This document shows positions 55,560 through 64,000 of a stretch of DNA of 64,000 bases, one piece after another (within the stretch, counting starts at the first letter, position 1; every line of letters begins with the position of its first letter). The stretch covers positions 97,956,436 to 98,020,435 of the forward strand of contig NC_068982.1 in assembly GCF_001194135.2 (NCBI RefSeq), read 5' to 3'. The notes beneath the pieces are model-generated. The model did no database searches. It was given only the letters and a program-made list of their open reading frames with translations, and was not told the DNA's origin. The position numbers and the translations under genes are program-made. This DNA comes from Octopus bimaculoides. Lineage: Eukaryota.

Positions 55560-55650
55560 TAAGTGTATATTTTACAGCCACTCCAACAGGAAAATGAAAA
55601 GCAAAGTTGACTTTTCAGGAATTTCAATTAGGAATGTAAGGAGATGAAAT
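55560..55650 (-). mobile_element. SINE family A fragment in brat intron
   Basis: gaaaatgaaaagcaaagttgacttttcaggaatttcaattaggaatgtaagg. Confidence 0.5.
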
Positions 55651-56087
55651 TAATTCCTGCAAGATGATCACAGTGATATGTAGTAGTGGCAGTGGTGGTA
55701 GTAATGATGATGAATCTACAACTCTCTTCCTTTCAAATGCAGAAAATGGACAAACAACTGCTGCTGCCACAACCACTGCCATCACCACCATTATCATCAT
55801 CAATATCAGGAAACTTTCTTCTTGTCAGTTGCAAAACTTCAAGGTTACCAGAATGCTGGTGCAGTGAAAGGAGTGAACTCTACAAAGATTTCGAGGTTAC
55901 TAGAATAGAAAACAAGTAAATGTGCACTGTTTTCAAATGATAAAATGGAAGTTAGACTCAACCAGAATTCTCATGGGACACAAAACACAGGTACAAATTT
56001 TCTGGATGAGTAACATAACTGGACTGAGTGGAGTTGGCATATTGTAGCTAGAGAAATGAATAAAGTGAGAGAGCATATCTCCTCCTC

Positions 56088-56273
56088 CTCATCATCATCA
56101 TTTAAAGTCCGCCTTCCATGCTGATATGGACTGGGTGGTTTGACAGGAGTTGATCAGACAGGAGCCTGCACCATGCTTCTGTGTCTGTTTTTGGTAGGGT
56201 TCTCACAGCTGGATGCCCTTCTAAACGTCAACCACTTTACAGCGTAGACTGGATGTTTTTTATATGACATCAG
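56088..56273 (-). mobile_element. Retroposon family B copy, minus orientation
   Basis: Reverse complement reads gtaaagtggttgacgtttagaagggcatcc...tggtgcaggctcc...gtcaaaccacccagtccatatcagcatggaaggcggactttaaatgatgatgatg, matching the 54853-55093 copy. Confidence 0.75.
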
Positions 56274-56519
56274 AATAATTAAGTGCAGACTAATTTCTGC
56301 ATATGTATCACAAGTACAATTGACAGATGAGCGAAAGAACCATTTCTAAGATGTGTTCCCTTACAGACTATTTTCATAACAAATCACAGCAACTGCACTG
56401 TCATTGGCTGGTGACTTTACATTGACATGCAGGGTGACACTATAATGGATACTCAGGCATATGTTGAGCTCTGTGTCAGTGCAAATCAAAATGTTGTTTG
56501 AGAAAAGTGTGGAGTGACA

Positions 56520-57240
56520 GTGGTGCACTTAACTCTCAATGATGCTGAGAGGCATGGAAAATATTACAACTAGACATACTGAGTGAAGGGAATGAATAGC
56601 AGAAACAGAGACTACTCCAGATAGACTCAAGAGAGACACCAGCTACTAATACAAGATTGAAAATGTAGTAATTAAGGATGCAAATGGCAAGAGCAGTAGC
56701 TGGAGCATCAGGAATAGCAGCCAAGTGGTAGAAAATGTCTCAACTAGGATATTTACAAGTCATGTAGTTAAATTAATCAAGCAGAGAGGGAGGTTTATTC
56801 AATGAATGGTGTGGTTGAATCAAGGTCAACAGCTACATGAGGCAAAGAAAGTGCTCTAGAAAGAAGCAACTCAAGAAAACATCAAACTGATTGACAAGGG
56901 CATGAAAGTAACTTAGTCATAGCACAACTGATTAGTAAAACGAATTAATTTAGATGAGATGCAATTTGGGCTGCCATTGAAGCATTTTTCCTACTGAGAC
57001 AACTACAGAAGTTCTTAGTGAAGATAAACTCCTACATTTGTCAATTTGGAGAAAGCCTTTCACAGAGTATCATGTTATGTAAAGATGAAAACCATGTACA
57101 GAGCGGTTATGAACAAAATGAGAGTTACTAATGAGATCAATGAGGAGGTTAGTGTAAAAGATAGGAATCCATTAAGATTCAATCCTCAGCTACTTCCTAT
57201 TTATTAGAGCTCTCTAGGCCACAACAGAAGTTAACAACCT
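56520..57240 (+). mobile_element. Decayed RTE-type LINE reverse transcriptase fragment
   Basis: Ordered, frameshifted RT motifs: DEMQFG (56953-56970), LRQLQK (56994-57011), LEKAFHRV (57046-57069; cf. DLEKAFDRV), and a later IGIH*DSILSYFLF (cf. VGVHQGSVLSPLLF). Confidence 0.8.
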
Positions 57241-57589
57241 AGGTGTCACAGCATTTTCTTTTTGTTATTAAGATGGATGTAGAGCAAATTTTTGGTTAAA
57301 GTAACAAGGATTAAATTTATTCATCTCTAATCATTAAACATTCTTTCACATTTCTAATTCTTCATTGCATTCTACAGTTTTTCTACTAAAACTACAACAA
57401 ACTTGAGTTCTATAGAAATTACTAACAGCAAACACACTACAACACTAGTCCTTCTTTTCTACTTCCCTCTTTGCTTTTCATTAAATACCCTCTCTCTAAA
57501 TCTTTCATGAAACACAGTTATCATACCAAAAAGTATTCGCTTCCTACAATGCACTAAAGTTCAACTCCACTAATCTCAATTAGCTCCTC

Positions 57590-57830
57590 CATCTATAAAA
57601 TCCAAAAGGTGCCATAATGTCTATGGATAATGAACTTTCTAATTGAAAACAATAATGAAAAGAAATGATTGCGAATTCTTGAAATGTGTTCTGTTGTTTC
57701 TTTAGACAAGACATAAACACTTGCTTGAATACCATCATTTAAGAGGGAAAATAAGAATTTGTGCAAGTCAACAAGGAAGCTTCTATGCTGCCATGCCAAA
57801 CTACTCCATTACTAAATTCTTGCCATTACT
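57590..57830 (-). mobile_element. Possible RTE/BovB-like RT fragment
   Basis: The ORF-track peptide contains HKFLFSLLNDGIQASV, resembling the RTE RT segment P.KF....LHDGM.A.V. The rest is heavily decayed. Confidence 0.35.
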
Positions 57831-59769
57831 AAAAGCCTAAAACCTTAAATTACTCTTTCTGAAAACAAAAGCATGTTTAAAAATGTTGCTGAAACATTTT
57901 ATTTGATCAATTATCACTCTGCCATAAAAGGCTAACCAATAACAACAACAACAGCAATCTTCATTACAAGGATATCAAAAGCAAAAACATTTTAACATAA
58001 AGTAGAACATAAAATTATCTACATTATCTTGTAATTAAAAAAGAAACTCGTAAAATTTGCTTTTTGTTCTTAGTGCTTCAGTTAAGTTTTTCTCTTAAAA
58101 CATAAATTTAAAACAACTATAAATGTGATCTTACAATAAGTTAAATTTACTTATTAGCCAACACTGTGATATTGTCTGAAGTGTGTCAATTCAATGAAAA
58201 TTAACCAAAATAATACATAACTTGCATTAAGTGCTTTTAAATGTAAAAAAATTTTTAAGTATCAGAAGTTGCATAAAAACAAGCAGATAATACATCAAAC
58301 ATGAAAAGAAATATACTTCAGATATTGGATAGTCCTAATATAGGATATTTGTATATACAGACACCAAATTTAAGGCCATTAGACCTTTAACTCTTTTGTT
58401 ACAAACTCACTCCATCCTGTCTGTCATTATACTACACCAAACCTGCAGGAGACCACCCAGCATTTACCTATTCATATTTAAATCAAAATATTTATGTAAA
58501 TACCCATACTGCATTAGCAATAACATGTGATTTCACTAGATAAACATTTGCTGTACATCATCTGACATTTTTGTTTAGGAATTTTAGGCTTTCTTAATTC
58601 TTGGAGAATATTTGTTTTCCATGTAACAAAAAAAAAAAAAAAAACGTTTTACATTTTTATAAAATGTTCTGCCTTTTCTATAAATGTTAAATTATATAAC
58701 CATCAGATTTAGTTTCAGCAACTTCAAAATTAGATTTTTAAATGCAAGTATGTAATATGGATGTTAAATGAAGATGATGAAAAGTAAATAAAATTAAATT
58801 AAATATCCAAGCAAAACACATGGTGGACTTTGAACCATGGGCCAGGTGTTTCAATTTCAAAATGCGTAAACAATGTCAGGTAAATGGTATTAAAAGTGAT
58901 GACTTCCAGTACAAAATTTTCACAAGTATCGAGACCTACTTAGTCAGTCATCTCCATGACTTAAAACCTATTGACTAATTACATTCGTTCATTCCACTTA
59001 AGTCTTGCATATAATAATAGGTGGCACAAGTTGCTATGCAAAACATAAGCAAAAGAAAGAGAAACACATACTGAACAAAGTGAGGCTATTTCTGCCATAA
59101 ATATAATTAATTAAAATAATCTAATTTGATATGTAATACATTGTCATCATCATAATCATTAACGTTCGTTTTCTATGCTGGCATGGGTTAATAATATAAT
59201 ATAATATAATATAATGAAAACAAGCTAATAACTAATAATAAATAGCATTAAAACAAAATTTACATAAGTTTCATATTTCAGATTTTACTTGTAACTTAGA
59301 TGTAATTAGAACAGTTCTGAGACAAATTCTATTATGAATTAATCCAAGAACTGTTTGAAAAGCTACTTCTAATAATAAAACAATATAAAGTAAGTAGTTG
59401 CTTCACAAACCCAGTCAATGAATTCAAAATTGTTTTAGAATTTATATGAAGCATGTGTATGTATTATCATGAGAAATATAGCAACAATAGAGCACCTCTA
59501 AAGGTGTCACACTTATAACCAAATGTAACACAAATAAGGAGCACAGGCAGCTCTTTTTGATCACTACAACTCTACAGACAATACAGAAATGCATGCCTGA
59601 TGAATATCCAGTTGGTCAATAAACTCATTTAGTGTGTAAGTGGCTGAGTATTCCACAGACATATGTAGCCTTAACTATTCAGAGACATGTAGTTATAACT
59701 ACTCAGGCAGAATCAACATGGCATAGTTTGTGACAAGGCTGGATCCTTCAATTCCAGGTACAATCTACC

Positions 59770-60345
59770 TGACATATTTCTACAGTTTCCATTTTCCCAA
59801 TTTCCTCTACAAGTCTTGGGGTTGATCTGAAGCTGTAGTAAAAAAACACCTGTGTAAGATCCTATGCAGTGGGATCAAATCTAAGATGATTAGGTCACAC
59901 TGCACAATACACAGTGCAATGAAATAAACACAATTCTATAGTTGCTACTACAACCAACACAACATCATAAATACCTCTACAATACTTTAGCCAATAAAGA
60001 CCACAAATCTATAGTCACTATCACTCTGTCAGTTTGTTTAGCTTCGTTTTTCAGTGCTAAAGTGGGTTTTGACAGAGATCTTATTCTGAGGCTGGATTTT
60101 ATGTTGATGACAACCCTTACTAGTTTTCAAGTGAGGAGTTTTATATTCCTCATTTCTCTGAAAGTACAGAGCAACCAGTCATAAATAAGGTGAACATTCA
60201 CATGCATAGACACAACAGACTTCCTACAATTTCCATTGACTAAGTTTCCACACAAGGCCTTTCTTGGCCTGGGACTATAGGAGAAGACACTTATCCAAGG
60301 ATCCAAGGTGCTGCACAATGGAGCCAAACCCAAAATTATATGGTT
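59770..60345 (-). mobile_element. Two copies of a SINE family with a CORE-like segment (about 59770-59890 and 60200-60345); further fragments at about 1585-1706 and 63340-63460
   Basis: Minus strand gcagcaccttgg...ataagtgtcttctcctatagtcccaggccaagaaaggccttgtg. The plus-strand motif (agacacttg/a)cccaaggtgc...cagtgggat(c/t)gaacc recurs at the other sites. The CORE resemblance is by eye. Confidence 0.6.
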
Positions 60346-60464
60346 TGCTAGCAAACAACATAGCTATGTCAGTATTGGTGTACGGTAATGGTTGGCTAAA
60401 TCCAACCACTACCATACACCAATACAGAATATTTGCAGCCTAAGACAGCAATAAATTGACTTAC

Positions 60465-61204
60465 CTGCTGTTGATGTGTTCAATTCCTTTAGCAATTTGG
60501 CGTAAGTCTGATGCTTTGGCTTTGGCATCATCAGATAAACGGCGAAGAATATCTACTTGCTTGTCACTTACATCCAAAATAAAATGGCACTCGTGTCCTC
60601 GGCCATGTTCAAATAATGTACATTCTTTACAAATTGGTGCTGAGCATGTTTTACAGAAGAATTTAATCACTTCGTGTCGGTGCCGTGGACAAGCCACTGG
60701 CTTTTCACTCTGAAGTTCTTCTTTTCCACCTTGTACTTCGGTAAATGTGAGAACTCGATGGCCCTCAAAACAATGCATAAACTGGTGCGCCATCACGCAG
60801 TTAGCACATAAAAAGTTAGCACAGTCGTAGCACTTAGCAACAGCAGTAGTATCTTTACTCTTGCATCCAGTGCAGTGAAGACCGTTTGCATCGATAGCAG
60901 AGGTTTCTAGGATATTGCTTACTGCGTAATCTTGCATGAGACCTGAAACCCCAAGGGATCCAAGGTAAGTTTCATGGTTGCATTCAGGACAAATCACTCT
61001 CTCAGGATTATCTTGTTGTTTTTCAATGCATGGTTGACAAAATGTATGGAAGCAGTTTAGGACGCGGGGCATAGTATAAGTCTCCTGGCAAATTGGACAT
61101 TTTGTGCTGAGGCCTGGAGAACAAGATTCTAAGCTAATTTCACTGTCCGAAGATGTTGAGCCACTGGTACCTGTGTCACTCTGGGACGGTGTAGGGGATG
61201 ACAT
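60465..61204 (-). CDS. brat: Brain tumor (Brat)-like TRIM-NHL protein, coding exon 1 (740 nt): RING-HC, B-box1, B-box2, start of coiled coil
   Basis: Translation from ATG 61204 (aacaagATG, A at -3) starts MSSPTPSQSD. C3HC4 RING: CPIC...CFHTFCQPC...CPEC. B-box1: CTGC...CYDCANFLCANCVMAHQFMHCFEGH. B-box2: CPRH...FCKTCSAPICKECTLFEH...H. The exon ends at a consensus donor AG|GTAAGT (60465/60464, phase 2). Upstream acceptor tttctttcttttctcaacag| puts the exon start at 61231; the 27 nt before the ATG are in frame, so an N-terminal extension from an upstream exon cannot be excluded. Confidence 0.95.
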
Positions 61205-61231
61205 CTTGTTAAATATTTCAATATTCACAAT
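61205..61231 (-). other. 5' leader portion of brat exon (after 3' splice site at 61232)
   Basis: Strong pyrimidine tract plus CAG (ttttctttcttttctcaacag) on the minus strand, 27 nt upstream of the ATG. Implies a further upstream exon, not identified in this window. Confidence 0.75.
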
Positions 61232-62839
61232 CTGTTGAGAAAAGAAAGAAAAATAATGGTTAAGATTATAAATCATAAACAAACAAATAATGTCACTCAA
61301 ATCAATATCGGACACAATTTTATCTAAATGCATTTACATTAAGTATGATACATAGATGGCTATTCTGATTAAATACTGCTTCCATTACAGATAAACAGAT
61401 TTTTATTCAGCTGGGTGACTATTTACAATATCAGTGAATATATATTCATTGTTTCTTATATCTCAGAGGCAACAAACTTAATCTATGCATGCAACTTAGT
61501 TTTGAGTACATACTATTGATAAAGATGATGAAGACTGAAATGCATCTTGCATTCTCATTAGCCACTACTGGACCAGTTTGTCTCGCTCTGATATGTATTG
61601 TTTTTAAACACAGTACATTCATAAGAGATGTTATGTCCAGACAAATAACAACTGTAAATTGCCTTTCAACAATGTATTTACATTAATTATGATACATAAA
61701 TGACTGAAAGAACTAGTGTTTAAATATACATTATATATATATGTATATGTATATAAAGACATATTCTTTTATAAGAAAATAGAAAAGTGCCACATCGACA
61801 ACATAATGATACAGACAAATAACTTCTTAACAGTAACACCACCAAAACTAAATTAAGCTATGTCACACATGCATGCACATGCACACATACACAGAGTAAC
61901 TGAGCCTTTAGTGTAATGATAATACTTTTGTCTAAGTGACAAGACATTTTTCTCACTTCATGAAAACTGATAAAGTACACCTGAAATAGCAGCAGATAAA
62001 AAGAAAGAAAGGGCAGCTCTAGAACTACCAAGCCCATTTGTTACTTCCTCTACCTATGACTAGATCAACAAACATCATACTGCTATGGTATGACTCAATA
62101 ACTAAAGTATAGAATGATATATGGCACTCTACCATTAATTTAATATAGAGAGTGCTCAATAATCACTTACTAAAAGAAACCATTACTCCTTATTTTACCA
62201 AAAAGTTTTCTTGTAAAAGAATTTGGCAGACATTAACAGCTTTAAATTATTTAATTCTGGAAACAGATTTTTCACATCTATTTCAAATATAATGCATCTA
62301 TCCAGTCATTAAAATCTTTAGTTTTAATTTTCATTTCATTTATCTTTTACTTGTTTCAGTCAGTGGACTGTGGACATTGCTGGGGCACTGCCTTCAACAA
62401 TGGCTGTCAAGCAGTGGGTAAAGTAAGACATAAAACATCACACACACAACAGGTTTCCATACAGTTTTTATCTACCATATTAACTCACAAGGTACTGGTC
62501 AACCTGAGGCTAATTTGTGAACTCAGAAGAAAGGGGGCAAATTAGTACAGGGGCCTGCCCCACCATCAAGACCTCAGATGTTTTCGGATCCTCACACTAC
62601 CAATTTTCTCCACAAAATCGGGATAACAGTGGCTGAGAAATGAGCCCTGCAAGGTGGAGTGGATGCTGCAACCAGTGTCACTGGCCATTCTCCATGGCAA
62701 CACCATTTGTTCTGGAGAGTGTAGCCTGTCATCCCCTCCCCTCCATTTTCTGCTACTTAACCACTGTCTTTTTTTACTTTTTCTTTGTTTATTTTCAATG
62801 TTATATATATAATTTAAAATGCGATCAGTTGGTTTAAAA

Positions 62840-63141
62840 CAGTGGTTCCCAAACGTTTTCGGGTGGCAACCCCAACACCCTGGTCACATTTCCAGCTCCC
62901 TACCCCCACTCACCACCACCACAAATACAGACCACTTTTTGCATCAAATTCAAAACAACTGTATTTCACAAATAAAATTTAACCTAATTAACCCATTATT
63001 TTGGAGGTTTTTTCTACATTCATCGCCTCCATTTGGCCACCCCTTTATCACCCCACTTTTCTTCAATGCCCTTCCCCTTGGATCTTTCCAACCCATCCCA
63101 TCCCCCAAAGGGACAGTATCACCCCCCTTTGGGAACTACTG
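62840..63141. mobile_element. Non-autonomous hAT-type MITE (302 bp)
   Basis: 14-bp TIRs CAGTGGTTCCCAAA and TTTGGGAACTACTG (one mismatch). Perfect 8-bp TSD GTTTAAAA (62832-62839 and 63142-63149). Confidence 0.88.
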
Positions 63142-64000
63142 GTTTAAAATAAAAATTTGTAAACGCAAAGAAAAAAAAAACAAAAGTGATATGGAAGTAC
63201 TGAACTCAATGGCGAACAAATATAGTAAGCAAACTTCATATGGCTCAGATTTTCTGTTTCCGTTTCAATGTCTAGGATTATTTTGTCCAACATACATCAA
63301 AGATTCAGACACACAATGAAGAAGATTCCATTCATGTAGTATTATGCTAACACGAGGCTATGATGGAGAACTACTCAAGGTACCACACAGCGGGATTGAT
63401 CCTAGAACCAGTTATTACAAAGCAAACATCTTAACTCCACAACTATACCTGAACCATTGTATACCACACACACTCACCAGGACTATGTATTGTTTGTACC
63501 TATCACATCTGTTATACAAGCATGAGCTTTCCTCTCCAAGGTTGGCTTTTTGCTAGTATCTGACAAGTGTGTGTATCAGCTATAATGAAATAAAAAAACC
63601 TCTCATTCAGAGGTCACTGAAAACAAAGCTGTTCTACGTAGGTTTGAGAAGGTACTTGAATCTGATATGAGAATATCTCTTTTTAGTACTTGTGCTGGTG
63701 ACACAAAAAAAACCTCATTAAAACTATTTCTTATTTTTATCAATGTTGTAATCTTAGAATGGCACTAAATAACAAAAATACCACCTTCTGGCATTTGGCT
63801 GTTTTTGAAATAGTTTACACCTCCTAGGGGCCTCATTGACAACCAGACATTTCTTGTAAATGAGATACGTAAAGGCTTACCTTCAGACTGGTAGAACAAT
63901 AATAAAAAAAAATGGCTTAATGTCTTGTTATTTGGATTCAATCAAAGTTTTTATCTATATGATGACAATGCCAACTTGACTTTAATGCTAACTACACCTT

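Larger units (their letters stand above)
54627..60464 (-). other. brat intron (5838 nt, GT-AG, phase 2)
   Basis: GTAAGT donor at 60464, polypyrimidine tract plus CAG acceptor at 54627, and frame compatibility of the flanking exons. Confidence 0.93.

Noticed and set aside
61232-61333. N-terminal MHLDKIVSD...FSFFSQQ of the 290-aa ORF
   Set aside because: Low-complexity and hydrophobic, and it contains a clear 3' splice site at 61232. Interpreted as intron read-through.

Overview
AT-rich, microsatellite- and SINE-dense animal genomic DNA with eight N gaps. The repeat families and composition suggest an octopus/coleoid cephalopod scaffold (inference). One protein-coding gene is well supported: a minus-strand brain tumor (brat)-type TRIM-NHL gene. 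It has two coding exons (61204-60465 and 54626-53090) joined by a 5838-nt GT-AG phase-2 intron, giving a predicted 758-aa protein: RING, B-box1, B-box2, coiled coil, six NHL repeats. Its promoter and first exon probably lie beyond the right edge. The rest is non-coding: several SINE families, RTE-type LINE relics, two hAT-type MITEs with perfect 8-bp target-site duplications, a probable hAT transposase relic and a decayed intron-containing tRNA-Met. The most interesting signals are three. (1) A sharp CpG drop near 12.5-13.5 kb, a candidate distal poly(A) site and U-rich strand asymmetry together hint that the brat transcription unit runs about 40 kb past its stop codon. (2) About 17-18 copies of one SINE family across that span all face the same way as brat. 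(3) A tRNA-Met(CAT) pseudogene carries a canonical-looking 21-nt intron. No prokaryotic-type systems (CRISPR, operons) are present. Nearly all other ORFs in the supplied track are microsatellite or N-gap artefacts. All counts and alignments were done by eye.
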